Shown piece after piece: positions 28,220-37,926 of a stretch of 64,000 nt of DNA. The translations under genes were made by a program, and so were the position numbers. Within the stretch, counting starts at the first letter, position 1. Each line of letters opens with the position of its first letter. The DNA lies in the NCBI GenBank assembly GCA_026706695.1, contig JAPOYE010000016.1, forward strand, positions 6,191 through 70,190, read 5' to 3'. A model generated the notes under the pieces. It saw nothing but the letters and a program-made list of their open reading frames with translations. It ran no database searches and was not told where the DNA came from. This DNA is from Candidatus Dadabacteria bacterium. GTDB taxonomy: Bacteria; Desulfobacterota_D; UBA1144; Nemesobacterales; Nemesobacteraceae.

Positions 28220-30181
28220 CTACATGTTTTGAGTGCCGTTCGCAACTTGCGAATGTTTTTCCCGGTATACGTAATTTCGTGCGAACAAAGAAAAGGCAAG
28301 GAGAAGGAGGACAGCTTGGGGGATCGCGGTCTCATAAGAGGGATATATCCCGAGAGTATCCATGTAAGGAATGAAATCCGCCGTAGTTGAAGAAATAATT
28401 CCCGCCTCCTGGAGTTCAAGTATTCCCTTGCCGAGAAGTATGAAACAGAGCAAGTAGAGGAAAACGCTCGTGAAGGAAAAGAAGTATTTAAGAGGAATCC
28501 TGAGGGTAAACCTGTACATAAGAAAGGCTATTACGAACACGACCGCCACTCCTGCAATAAGTCCATAGATCACGTGCGGCGTGGATGAACCGGTCTGGAA
28601 GAAAAGCGCCTGGTAAAAAAGAATCGTCTCGAAAGCCTCCCTGTAGACGGCAAGAAACGAAACGAAAGCAAGAGTAAGACCGCTTCTGCGGGTAAGCGCG
28701 CCCTGGGTCTTCGAGCGGACGTATTCCTTCCATTTTTTTACGTCCGCCTTTGAGACAAGCCAGTAACTTACGTAAAAAAGAATCGCTGCCGCCAGAAGAG
28801 AAGTCACTCCTTCCACGATCTCCCTCCTGGCCCCCGAGATGTCTATTATAGTTCTTGCCGCAACCCACGTCGCCAGTCCCGCAAAGATGGCGAGCACCCA
28901 CCCGTAGTGAACGTACCTGATCATCCCGCGGTTACCTGAATGCGCCAAAGCGGCGATAATGGCCGCAATGATCAGCAGAGCTTCAAGCGCTTCTCTGAGT
29001 ATTATGGCAAAAGAATTAACAAAACTCAGGTATTTGCCGAGCGATGAGCCGCCTTGCAGAATGCGTTCCGACTCACGAAGATCCTCCTCTATGCTAGCTT
29101 TCAGATCATGAAGCTCGGAGGAGTCCCGGTCGGACATCACTAATGACCTGAAAAATCCCATTTTTTTCTCAACCTCAAGAACAAGCGGTCTTTTTTTCGA
29201 TACCAGGGCAGGTTCGATTCTCTGAAACCCTCCCAGGTACCCGTCGAGAGCCTCCTTGAAAGCCTCGTCCTTTCTACCGGCCTCGTAAAGATCGATGGCC
29301 TCTTCAAGCTTCCCCACGGTATGGGCTATAGCTTCGGATGCATCTCCAGCAATTCCATCCCGAAGATAAGCGGTTCTCAGGTAAAAAAGAACTTCCTCGT
29401 CACTGCCCCCGGCTCCGGCATTAAGAAGAATCTCCGCATTGCTGGCCAGGGCAAGATTTTCAAGCTTTCTTACATCATGGGGAATATTCTCCGTGGAGAA
29501 CCCAGAAGTACCTCCGCCTGAGGGAATATCCGGATACCCGAGCGAGAGAACATAAAACGCCACATCCCATTTCTGTTTTTCGTCAAGCACCTTTTCGAAC
29601 GAGGTCATGGCGGTACCTTCGATCCCGAAAGTGGTGGTGTTGTAAACTTTAAAGGGTGAGAGCCCGAGATTTATATCAGGGGCTGTGAAATCCGTGGGAG
29701 GAGGATTGAGGGTCTTAGAGAAAGCATCGTCCGGCCTTCCTGAGAGCCCATGACAGGAGGAACAGTTCCTTACGTAAAGCTCTTTTCCGCTTTCGTAATC
29801 GGGTATATTCGCCGGATAGGGTTTTATGTCATAGGCTGAAATGATCCGCTCTTTCAGTTCACCTGCAAGGCTTTCCACCTCAGAGACGGGCCCTTTGGAT
29901 ACCACAATTGAGTGCAGACGTGCGAATTTTTCGGAAAAATCAGCTGTTCCTTCTCTCTTCTCACCCGTTTTTTCCCACAGGTCAACCGCTACGGAAGAAA
30001 AGTCCAGCATTTCCTGATACTCAAATTCGTTTATGATCTTCCCTTCTTTTACGGCATTTGCGTAATCTCCTCCTATGTAATCGACAAGAGAGAGGACCCT
30101 GTCTATCTCCGCGGCATAAGAGAGCGCGGGAAAAAGAAAAAATATGAGAACTGGCAAATAGAAGAAACTTTTTTTAAGCAT
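28220..30181 (-). CDS. High-affinity iron permease FTR1/EfeU family fused to an N-terminal periplasmic cytochrome c domain
   Basis: Signal peptide, CSSCHG (CXXCH) heme c site, then a polytopic domain carrying two REXXE motifs (REALEAL and REAFETI) typical of FTR1. Confidence 0.8.
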   Translation of the reverse strand: MLKKSFFYLPVLIFFLFPALSYAAEIDRVLSLVDYIGGDYANAVKEGKIINEFEYQEMLDFSSVAVDLWEKTGEKREGTADFSEKFARLHSIVVSKGPVSEVESLAGELKERIISAYDIKPYPANIPDYESGKELYVRNCSSCHGLSGRPDDAFSKTLNPPPTDFTAPDINLGLSPFKVYNTTTFGIEGTAMTSFEKVLDEKQKWDVAFYVLSLGYPDIPSGGGTSGFSTENIPHDVRKLENLALASNAEILLNAGAGGSDEEVLFYLRTAYLRDGIAGDASEAIAHTVGKLEEAIDLYEAGRKDEAFKEALDGYLGGFQRIEPALVSKKRPLVLEVEKKMGFFRSLVMSDRDSSELHDLKASIEEDLRESERILQGGSSLGKYLSFVNSFAIILREALEALLIIAAIIAALAHSGNRGMIRYVHYGWVLAIFAGLATWVAARTIIDISGARREIVEGVTSLLAAAILFYVSYWLVSKADVKKWKEYVRSKTQGALTRRSGLTLAFVSFLAVYREAFETILFYQALFFQTGSSTPHVIYGLIAGVAVVFVIAFLMYRFTLRIPLKYFFSFTSVFLYLLCFILLGKGILELQEAGIISSTTADFIPYMDTLGIYPSYETAIPQAVLLLLAFSLFARNYVYREKHSQVANGTQNM

Positions 30182-30356
30182 AGTCCGCGGACATCTCCCC
30201 ATCTTGGGGGTCAGGGAAGGTACTTTTTACCATTCTAGACCTTTATTGTCAATAATTCTCATCGTTGTCATTTTCGCCTCTCTAAATGGTTCCGGGAAGA
30301 AAATCAGACGGGTAATTTCGCTGATTTTCTTGTCCGCAAATATTTTTAAAAAATTC

Positions 30357-30385
30357 TTGACATCATAACTCCAGAATGTTATTAA
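30357..30385 (+). promoter_or_regulatory. Sigma70-like promoter, TTGACA-17 nt-TATTAA, upstream of the porin gene
   Basis: Consensus -35 hexamer at 30357-30362, 17-nt spacer, TATTAA at 30380-30385. The RBS AAGGTGGA precedes the ATG at 30460. Confidence 0.5.
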
Positions 30386-30459
30386 TTTACATCATGGATA
30401 TCAAATATCCAGAATATCTATTAATTACGCACCCTAACAAGGTCACAAAAAGGTGGAAA

Positions 30460-31749
30460 ATGCTTTTTGTCTTTTTCCTGATTTTTTCACTCGGAGGCAC
30501 GCAGATTTCTCTAGCGGGTACGGCTTCGGACGAAAAGATAAAAAAGCTTGAGGAGCAGATAAAGGTTCTAGCGGATGAGATAGAAGCCATAAAGTCCGCT
30601 TCGGTAACGGAGCCTACGGTTTATGAGACGGAATTCGGCTTGGCCCCCGCGGCTTCTAAGGTCTACAGGGTTGATCAGGGAATATCGTTCGGAGGATACG
30701 GTGAGGTGCTTATAGGCAACGTAAAAGAGGGGGATGCGAACGATGTAGTGGATACCCTGAGACTGGTTCTCTATAACGGCTACAAGTACAACGACCACAT
30801 AATTTTCAACTCGGAAATAGAATTCGAACACGGTACGACGGGAAGCAACAAGGATGGAAAAGCGGGATCGGCCTCGGTTGAGTTCGCGTACGTCGATTTC
30901 CTTATAAGGGATGAGCTCAACCTTCGGGGTGGGCTTCTGCTGACTCCTTTCGGAGTTGTAAACGAGATTCATGAACCGACAACGTTTTACGGAGTGGGGC
31001 GACCCGAGGTGGAGAGACGGATAATTCCGAGCACCTGGAGAGAGTCTGGTGCCGGGGCGCACGGAACGTTTGATCTGGGCAGCGGCGGAGAGCTTTCTTA
31101 CAGGGCCTACGTGATGTCGAGCGCCGATGCTCGGGGGTTCAAGGCGTCGGATAACAGAAGTCTTCGAATCAAGGGAAACAGGGCAAGATTCGAGGACATG
31201 GCTTTTGTCGGAAGGCTTGAGTACGATCCTATTCCGGGAATCAGAATCGGAGGATCCATGTACTACGGTAACACCGGTCAGGGCGAGGAAGTTAACGGCC
31301 AGACTATAGACGGCCTCTTCCAGATGTACTCGGTTGACGGACAGTTTCAGTATGCAGGGTTAGACCTGAGGGCTCTAGCAGTCTGGACCAGTCTTGATGA
31401 CGCCGCGCTTATAAACCAACTTAAAGAGTATGAAGGCAACAAATCCGTCGGGGAGGAACAGTCCGGCTGGTATGTTCTAGGAGCATATAACATTTTCTCC
31501 GCGCTTAACTCCGGAAGCAAATACATGGAGTACCTAGCGCCTTTTTTCCGATATGAACAATTTGATACCCAGGAGAAAGTTCCCGCCGGATATGGGAGAG
31601 ACCCAGCGAACGACAGAACCCAGTACACTATCGGGATAAATTACAAGCCGATTCCAAACGTGGTCGTAAAGGCAGAGTATCAGAATCTTGATACCGCCGC
31701 GGGTCAGGCAAAGGACCAGTACAACTTCGGGATTGGATATGTGTTTTAG
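30460..31749 (+). CDS. Outer-membrane beta-barrel porin (OprO/P-like) with N-terminal coiled coil
   Basis: Signal peptide MLFVFFLIFSLGGTQISLAG, a coiled-coil heptad segment, alternating amphipathic beta-strand patterns, and a terminal ...GYVF. Confidence 0.6.
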   Translation: MLFVFFLIFSLGGTQISLAGTASDEKIKKLEEQIKVLADEIEAIKSASVTEPTVYETEFGLAPAASKVYRVDQGISFGGYGEVLIGNVKEGDANDVVDTLRLVLYNGYKYNDHIIFNSEIEFEHGTTGSNKDGKAGSASVEFAYVDFLIRDELNLRGGLLLTPFGVVNEIHEPTTFYGVGRPEVERRIIPSTWRESGAGAHGTFDLGSGGELSYRAYVMSSADARGFKASDNRSLRIKGNRARFEDMAFVGRLEYDPIPGIRIGGSMYYGNTGQGEEVNGQTIDGLFQMYSVDGQFQYAGLDLRALAVWTSLDDAALINQLKEYEGNKSVGEEQSGWYVLGAYNIFSALNSGSKYMEYLAPFFRYEQFDTQEKVPAGYGRDPANDRTQYTIGINYKPIPNVVVKAEYQNLDTAAGQAKDQYNFGIGYVF

Positions 31750-31861
31750 TATGCAGAACTTAAATCCGCGATAAACGGGCGCGGGTTTATGCTTCTTTTT
31801 TTCTCTCTTTCTCTCTCTTAAAAAGGGCAATATTCAGATAGAATGTTGCCCTTCCTTCATC

Positions 31862-32413
31862 ATGAGTATGAGAATCCTTATCTTAATAACGCTTTTGTTT
31901 TTTCTGCATGGTGCCGGAGATGTCTCCGCCAAGGTCTTTCTTACCAAGGGCAAGGCGCTTGAGCTCCTTTTCCCTGAAGCAGAAGAAATAGAAAAAAGAC
32001 ACGTTTTTCTCACCAGACCCCAAGCCGAAAGCGTACGCGAAATGGCCAAGGCAGAGGTAGATTCAAGACTTTATACTTTCTACATAGCGAGATCCGGCGG
32101 AAAAGAGACTGGCTACGCCGTCATCGATACCCACACTCTTCGGACACTTACCGAAACCGTACTGTTCGTGATAAATCCCGATGGGACTCTTCGCCACGCC
32201 GAAACTCTCGCATTTTTCGAACCCACAGATTACATGCCGAGCGGAAAATGGATAAACTTGTTCCTAGAAAAAACCAAGATGGACAGAATGAAGGTAGGAA
32301 AGGGAGTTCCCAACATTACCGGAGCCACTATAAGTGCCGTATCTTTTTCGCAAGCCACGAGAAGGGTTCTCGCAGTCTACAGGGTTATGCTCGGCACCCC
32401 GGCTGATCAATAA
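31862..32413 (+). CDS. FMN-binding domain exported protein (flavinylation target)
   Basis: Signal peptide and a conserved FMN_bind threonine motif (TGATISA), 183 aa. Confidence 0.65.
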   Translation: MSMRILILITLLFFLHGAGDVSAKVFLTKGKALELLFPEAEEIEKRHVFLTRPQAESVREMAKAEVDSRLYTFYIARSGGKETGYAVIDTHTLRTLTETVLFVINPDGTLRHAETLAFFEPTDYMPSGKWINLFLEKTKMDRMKVGKGVPNITGATISAVSFSQATRRVLAVYRVMLGTPADQ

Positions 32414-32433
32414 CTTCTATTCAGGAGAGGAAA

Positions 32434-32931
32434 ATGAAATTCTTCATTTCATCGGACATAAGAAAAAACGACCTGTTAAAACTTGTCGTTCTGCTTACGA
32501 CTATTTTCTTCCTCTTTCTGTGGTTAACCAACCTTCTGCTTTTCCTTAAGGTGGGGTTCAGTTACGGGAGCGTTGTTGAGTACTACAGGGGATCCGAGGA
32601 GAGTTTCAGGCCTCCGAGAAGCTACCTTGGACTGCTTGAAGAAGCCCATTTCCACTTTTTTTCAATGGCTGTTTTACTTGTAACACTCAATCATCTTTTT
32701 CTTTTCACTAACAGAAGCTCCGCCGAAAAGCTTCTCGTCATAATAGCATCTTACGGCTCGGCCTTCCTCGATATAGCCGGCGGCTGGCTGGTAAGGTACG
32801 TAAGCGCCGAGTTTGCCTATGTTAAAATCGGCTCTTTTGTCGTCCTTCAGATATCTCTTCTTTACCTGATCATTTTCGTAACGTTTTATCTTTACAGAAA
32901 AAAACCGGAGTATCCGAAGCCGAAGCAGTGA
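32434..32931 (+). CDS. Small integral membrane protein (4 predicted TM segments)
   Basis: 165 aa with four hydrophobic segments. Translationally coupled after the FMN-binding gene. Confidence 0.5.
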   Translation: MKFFISSDIRKNDLLKLVVLLTTIFFLFLWLTNLLLFLKVGFSYGSVVEYYRGSEESFRPPRSYLGLLEEAHFHFFSMAVLLVTLNHLFLFTNRSSAEKLLVIIASYGSAFLDIAGGWLVRYVSAEFAYVKIGSFVVLQISLLYLIIFVTFYLYRKKPEYPKPKQ

Positions 32932-32943
32932 CTCCCCCGCACC

Positions 32944-33921
32944 TCAGGGACACGCATAAGACCCGAAGCAGGACCTTTTCTCCCCGTTCTTCTCAACGAT
33001 CAAGAAACCCAGTGATTTATCCTTTCTGGCAAACATCTCCGCGCCACGCGGACCCAGAACCGAAACGGCAGTCGAGAAGACATCGGCTTCCGTAGCGGTT
33101 CTGGAGATGGCTACAACCGAAGTCACATCCTCAGCCGGCCAGCCCGTCCTGGGATTTATTATATGGGAGTATCTTTTCCCCTCGTGCTCAAAGTAGCGCT
33201 CGTAATCTCCTGAAGTCGCGACACCCTTGTTCACAAGGTCAAGCTTCGAGATGATTTCGCTTGCCCTCCCGGGTTTTCTCACTCCCACATCCCAGAACTT
33301 TTTGCCTGCAGGGGGGTCCATCGCGTATATGTTTCCCCCGAAATTCACAAGTCCCCTCTTGATCCCGTTTTGCTTGGCGATATTTACCATCTCGTCAACC
33401 GCGTAACCTTTTCCTATAGCTCCGAAGTCGAGTCTGACGCAGTCGCCGTCAAGGAAAACCCGGGATTTAACTTCGTCTATCTTTATTTTCCGAAAACCCG
33501 TACACCCAAGCGCGTCGCGGATCCGTGACCGACCGGGTAACCGCCCCGCCTTGGTCTCAGCCCCCCAGAGTTCGAAAAGACTGCCGATAGTTATGTCAAA
33601 AGCCCCTTCGGTAAGCTCCGAGTACTTAATCGAGGTTCGCACGAGACGCAGAAACTCCGCGGGAACGGAAACGGGAGCGACCCCCGCGGTTCTGTTCACC
33701 TCGGCAAGAACGCTGTCATCCCTGTAGTTACTGAAGAGCCGGTCTATTTCCTTGGTTCTCTCCACGCAGGCATCAACAACCCGGTGGAAAAGTTCCTCGC
33801 TCGGGGAATAAAACTTAAGTTCCACCGTTGAACCCATCGAGTAAAAGGATCTCTCGTAGAGATTCTCCGTACCGTGGGAGCAGGAATAAAAAAGCAGAAC
33901 TAAAAGCGCAAGGTGGCGCAT
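32944..33921 (-). CDS. apbE: FAD:protein FMN transferase ApbE family
   Basis: Signal/lipoprotein N-terminus and ApbE motifs (DFGAIGKGYAVD, SGDYERYFEHEGKRYSHIINPRTG). Confidence 0.8.
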   Translation of the reverse strand: MRHLALLVLLFYSCSHGTENLYERSFYSMGSTVELKFYSPSEELFHRVVDACVERTKEIDRLFSNYRDDSVLAEVNRTAGVAPVSVPAEFLRLVRTSIKYSELTEGAFDITIGSLFELWGAETKAGRLPGRSRIRDALGCTGFRKIKIDEVKSRVFLDGDCVRLDFGAIGKGYAVDEMVNIAKQNGIKRGLVNFGGNIYAMDPPAGKKFWDVGVRKPGRASEIISKLDLVNKGVATSGDYERYFEHEGKRYSHIINPRTGWPAEDVTSVVAISRTATEADVFSTAVSVLGPRGAEMFARKDKSLGFLIVEKNGEKRSCFGSYACP

Positions 33922-33949
33922 GTCTTGAGAATCACGTAAAGCGTTTTTC

Positions 33950-34031
33950 TGCGAGAGGAGGGAGTCGAACCCTCACACCCTAAGGTACTAGATCCTAAAT
34001 CTAGCGCGTCTGCCTGTTCCGCCACTCTCGC
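33950..34031 (-). tRNA. tRNA-Leu (anticodon TAG)
   Basis: Cloverleaf on the reverse complement with anticodon stem CTAGA/TCTAG, loop TTTAGGA, long variable arm, and T-loop GAGGGTTCGACTCCCTC. Confidence 0.8.
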
Positions 34032-34101
34032 CCTTTACAGTCAAAATCGGCAAGCACCCTGAATCGTGCTTCCGGACAGCGCCGTAAGGCGCAAAATGAA
34101 G

Positions 34102-34176
34102 TGGGCTGCGAGGGATTCGAACCCACGACCGACTGATTAAGAGTCAGCTGCTCTACCAGACTGAGCTAGCAGCCCG
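34102..34176 (-). tRNA. tRNA-Lys (anticodon CTT)
   Basis: Reverse complement GGGCTGCTAGCTCAGTCTGGTAGAGCAGCTGACTCTTAATCAGTCGG...GGTTCGAATCCCTCGCAGCCCA, with anticodon loop CTCTTAA. Confidence 0.85.
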
Positions 34177-34252
34177 CAAACAGAATAACAGAAAAGAAAA
34201 TAAATAAAAACCGAAAGCCCGTTCCCCCAAGCAGCCAGAACTTCCCGCCTTT

Positions 34253-35209
34253 TTGAACTCTTCGCTAGGATCGTTTATTTTTGAAGTCGTGGAAAACGTG
34301 ATCAATTACTTCAGGGGATACCACGACGCATATCAAACGCAGATAGAAAACCTCCTGCTGTCGATTCTGATAATTGTTGTCCTGCTATTCCTGAGAAAGG
34401 TTCTCATCTCTCTCATAACCAAGAACACAAAAGATCCCAAGACAGTCTATTACTCAAAACGCATTGTCGGGTACTCCTACGTTTTTCTCGCCATAGTGCT
34501 GGTCGGCAGCGTGTGGATAAGCGGACTGGGTCAGGTAGGAGCCTATCTGGGTATAGCAAGCGCCGGCCTGGCCATAGCGCTTCATGAAACCTTAGCCAAC
34601 ATCGCGGGCTGGTTCTTCATACTCTGGAGAAAGCCCTTCACGATAGGGGACCGCATACAGATAGGAGAAACCAAGGGTGACGTAATAGACCTGAGGCTGT
34701 TTCAGTTCAGCCTGATCGAGATCGGGAACTGGGTTGAAGCGGAGCAGAGTACAGGCAGGGTCATACACGTTCCCAACAGCCACGTGCTCAGAGAAAAAAC
34801 CGCGAATTATCACGGCGGGTTCAACTACATATGGAACGAGATACAGGTTCTCATAACGTTTGAGAGCGACTGGAGAAAAACCCGCGAGATCCTGGAGAGA
34901 ATAGCGAGAGAAGAAAATAAAACTTCTCCGGAACAGGCTGAGGAACAACTCCGCGCGGTCGCCGAAAAGTACATGATACATTTGCCGAACCTCACCCCGA
35001 TGGTTTACATGTCGACAAGGGACAGCGGAGTGCTTTTCTCGATCAGATACACGACAAACCCGAGAAAAAGAAGAGGCTCGGAGCAGGCCATCTGGGCAGC
35101 CATACTCGCCGAGTTCGAAAAGCATCCGGACATAGATCTCGCTTACCCGACAACGCGCTTCTATTCCCTCTCGTCCGGAAGCCCCGACGGAGAAGACCCC
35201 GATTCATAA
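34253..35209 (+). CDS. Small-conductance mechanosensitive channel (MscS family)
   Basis: TM helices followed by the MscS beta-domain motif GDRIQIGETKGDVIDLRLFQFSLIE. Confidence 0.8.
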   Translation: MNSSLGSFIFEVVENVINYFRGYHDAYQTQIENLLLSILIIVVLLFLRKVLISLITKNTKDPKTVYYSKRIVGYSYVFLAIVLVGSVWISGLGQVGAYLGIASAGLAIALHETLANIAGWFFILWRKPFTIGDRIQIGETKGDVIDLRLFQFSLIEIGNWVEAEQSTGRVIHVPNSHVLREKTANYHGGFNYIWNEIQVLITFESDWRKTREILERIAREENKTSPEQAEEQLRAVAEKYMIHLPNLTPMVYMSTRDSGVLFSIRYTTNPRKRRGSEQAIWAAILAEFEKHPDIDLAYPTTRFYSLSSGSPDGEDPDS

Positions 35210-35253
35210 ACCTGGGCGAAGCAGGTTCCCCGCTACCTGCCTTCGGAAAAATC

Positions 35254-37899
35254 TTATTCGGGCTTCAGGATTGAAACCGCCGCCGCAGCGGGATTTATGT
35301 ACTTCCTTGCCACCCTCGCCACGTCGTCCGCTGTGACGGAAAGAATTTTCTCCGGGAACCTCCTGTACTCGTACGCGCCTATTCCGTAAAGCTCGTCAAA
35401 CCCGACTATTGACGCCTGAGCGGAGTTTCTCTGAAGCCCTATCTCGAAACTTCCCACAATATAGTTCTTCGCCCTCTCAAGCTCCTCCTCCCCGACACCC
35501 TTCAAGACAAGCTGGAGCTGTTCCTTTATCGCTCCGAGCGCCTCCTCCTGCTTCTGCGGAGCAGTTCCTATATAAACACCGAAATAGCCCCCTTCCATCC
35601 CGGGAACATAGAACGAGGTAACGGCGTAAGCAAGGCTTTTCTTGTCCCGAAGCTCGATGAAGAGTCTTCCTCCCTGACCTGAGAGCACCGAATTCAGCAC
35701 CTCAAACGCGTAGCGGTCCCGGCTTTTAAAACCAGGGGCGTGATAGCCCGCGATAATATGGGTCTGGGCCTTGTCTCTTTCAAGCTCGACGGTTTCCCTC
35801 GCAGAAGAAAGCGCGGACTCACGGGGCGGCCGGGTCTTTTCGAAACCTCCCCGCTTCATGCCGCCGAACAGCTTTTCAAGAACGCCAAGAGTTTTCTCCG
35901 CGTCAATGTCGCCCGCAACGGAGATGACCATGTTCTCGGGTCTTATGACTTTCTCGTAGAACCCGCGTACATCGGCCGAGGTAAACCTGTCTACGTTTTC
36001 CTCGGTTCCAAGAACGTTGAACCTGTAGGGATGCTTAAGGAAAAGGGTCCTCAGAAAGTTCCTGACCGCCTTTCCCGTGAGATTGTCCTCCTGCTTTTCC
36101 AAAGCGGCCAGAATTTCTCTTCTCTCCCTCTCCATTTCCTCATCGGAAAAAGAAGGATCAAGTATCACGTCCGAGAAAATATCCATCGCCCCTTCAAAGC
36201 TCTCACTCAATGCCGAGAGAGTCACCCCGACGCTGTTTTTCCCCGAGAAGCCGTCAACCGTTCCCCCGAGCCCTTCTATCTGGGCGGCTATATCTTCTGC
36301 GGAGCGGTTCGAGGTGCCGCGGGTGAACATCCCGGACATGAAGTTCGAAATCCCGTTCGTGTTCTCGTCCTCATACCTGAGGCCGCCCAGAAACGCCGCG
36401 TGAACGGAGAAAAGCGGAACGGCCGGATTGCGTTTCAGAAGAACCCGGATTTCGTTTGAAAGCTCGTATCTTTTAAATTCCGCCTGCGCCTGAGAAGCCT
36501 TTTTCCTTTCTTTTTTCTGGGCCCCTCCGGGAAAAACAAGGGCCTCTCTGAAGCCCTTCTCAACCCCCTTGGCTTTGTCTTCCGGAAGCAGCGCTCCCGC
36601 GGTGAGATTTTTCTGCACGAGGTATTCTCCGGCTACCCGCAATATGTCCTCCGGGGCAACATTCCTCACCCTCTCAAGGTAGAGGCGTTCGTAGCCGTAA
36701 TCTCCGGTTTCAAGCTCGAAGTAACCAAGCTTTCTCGCCTGTCCCTGCATGGTCTCCTTGGCGCGGATGAAGTCCCTTTCTATGTTAGTCTTGGCGCGGG
36801 CAAGCTCCTCGGCCCCGACGGGTTCGGTCTTTATAAGCTCTATCTCCGCCACTATCTCCTCTGAGGCTTTTTCAACCTTGCCGGGGTCAAGAACTCCGCC
36901 CACGAGGAAAAGGCCGTTCTCCTTGAGGCTGTAAGCGTAGGCGTATATGTCGTTTACGGTGGCGTTCTGCTCCTTCAGTCTTCTGTAAAGCCTGGAGCTC
37001 TCCCCGCTGCCGAGTATGCCGCTTATAACGTCAAGAACCGGAGTGTCGGCGTGGCTCGCCGAGGGAGTATGGAAGGCAAAACTGAAGTAGCCCGTGTTTA
37101 CGTCGCGGCCGATAACGAAGGTTCTCGTGCGTTTCTGCTCGGGCTCCGGGGGAAGTTCGCACCGAGGAGTTTTTCTTTTCTTTATTTTTCCGAAAGTCCG
37201 GGCCACCTCGTCCTTTATTCCCTCGGGATCAAAATCCCCGACCACAACGAGAATCATGTTGTCCGGGGAATACCACTTTCTGTAGAAATCAAGTATCCCG
37301 TCTCTGGTGAAGCTCCCCACGCTCTGCTTGGTTCCTATTATGGGCCTTCCGTAGGGATGAACGCTGTAGGCCGTGGAGAAAAGCTTCTGGCTGAGCACCC
37401 TTGAGGGAGAGTCCTCTCCCCTTCTTATCTCTTCCTGGACAACCTCAAGTTCCCGCTCAAGCTCCCCGGGGTCAAAAGTCGAGTTCTCCATGACGTCCGA
37501 GAGCAGGTCAAGAGCCACGGGCAGGAAGCGCCGCGCGCTTACGATGTAGTAAACCGTCTCGTCAAAGGAAGTAAACGCGTTTATGTCTCCGCCTCCCGCC
37601 TCGACCATCCCGGCTATCTCGCCGACCCGTCTTTTCTCCGTCCCCTTGAAAAGCATGTGTTCGTGCACGTGCGCGAGGCCGTACTCGCCCTCCACCTCGC
37701 ACGCGCTTCCGGTCTTCACCCACACGTTAACGGCGACGACCGGGGAAGAGTCGTTTCTCTCAAGAAGCACGGTCATGCCGTTAGAAAGACTGTACTTGGT
37801 TACTCCACTGACACCCGCAAGGGTCTGCGCACCTGAATTCATAAGACTTGCTCCCGTAATCAGAATGAACAAAAAAAGTAATTTGAAAACCCCTCTCAT
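35254..37899 (-). CDS. Secreted M16-family zinc peptidase (tandem M16 units, PqqL-like)
   Basis: Signal peptide, inverted zincin motif HVHEHMLFKGT (HxxEH), and 881 aa comprising two M16 repeats. Confidence 0.85.
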   Translation of the reverse strand: MRGVFKLLFLFILITGASLMNSGAQTLAGVSGVTKYSLSNGMTVLLERNDSSPVVAVNVWVKTGSACEVEGEYGLAHVHEHMLFKGTEKRRVGEIAGMVEAGGGDINAFTSFDETVYYIVSARRFLPVALDLLSDVMENSTFDPGELERELEVVQEEIRRGEDSPSRVLSQKLFSTAYSVHPYGRPIIGTKQSVGSFTRDGILDFYRKWYSPDNMILVVVGDFDPEGIKDEVARTFGKIKKRKTPRCELPPEPEQKRTRTFVIGRDVNTGYFSFAFHTPSASHADTPVLDVISGILGSGESSRLYRRLKEQNATVNDIYAYAYSLKENGLFLVGGVLDPGKVEKASEEIVAEIELIKTEPVGAEELARAKTNIERDFIRAKETMQGQARKLGYFELETGDYGYERLYLERVRNVAPEDILRVAGEYLVQKNLTAGALLPEDKAKGVEKGFREALVFPGGAQKKERKKASQAQAEFKRYELSNEIRVLLKRNPAVPLFSVHAAFLGGLRYEDENTNGISNFMSGMFTRGTSNRSAEDIAAQIEGLGGTVDGFSGKNSVGVTLSALSESFEGAMDIFSDVILDPSFSDEEMERERREILAALEKQEDNLTGKAVRNFLRTLFLKHPYRFNVLGTEENVDRFTSADVRGFYEKVIRPENMVISVAGDIDAEKTLGVLEKLFGGMKRGGFEKTRPPRESALSSARETVELERDKAQTHIIAGYHAPGFKSRDRYAFEVLNSVLSGQGGRLFIELRDKKSLAYAVTSFYVPGMEGGYFGVYIGTAPQKQEEALGAIKEQLQLVLKGVGEEELERAKNYIVGSFEIGLQRNSAQASIVGFDELYGIGAYEYRRFPEKILSVTADDVARVARKYINPAAAAVSILKPE

Positions 37900-37926
37900 C
37901 GACTCAGGCCTCCTGAGGAAAAACCC

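Noticed and set aside
30376-30459. Annotated ORF start at 30376 (MLLIYIMDIKYPEYLL...) for the porin gene.
   Set aside because: This ATG lies inside the TTGACA-17-TATTAA promoter. The signal-peptide start MLFVFFLIF at 30460, with an upstream AAGGTGGA RBS, is the credible start.
31795-31822. CT-rich simple sequence (TTTTTTTCTCTCTTTCTCTCTCTT) after the porin gene, considered as a possible repeat array or CRISPR-like feature.
   Set aside because: It is a single short low-complexity tract without spacer/repeat periodicity. At most it is the U-tract of a weak terminator (ATAAAC-GGGCGCGG-GTTTAT hairpin upstream). No CRISPR array is present anywhere in the window.
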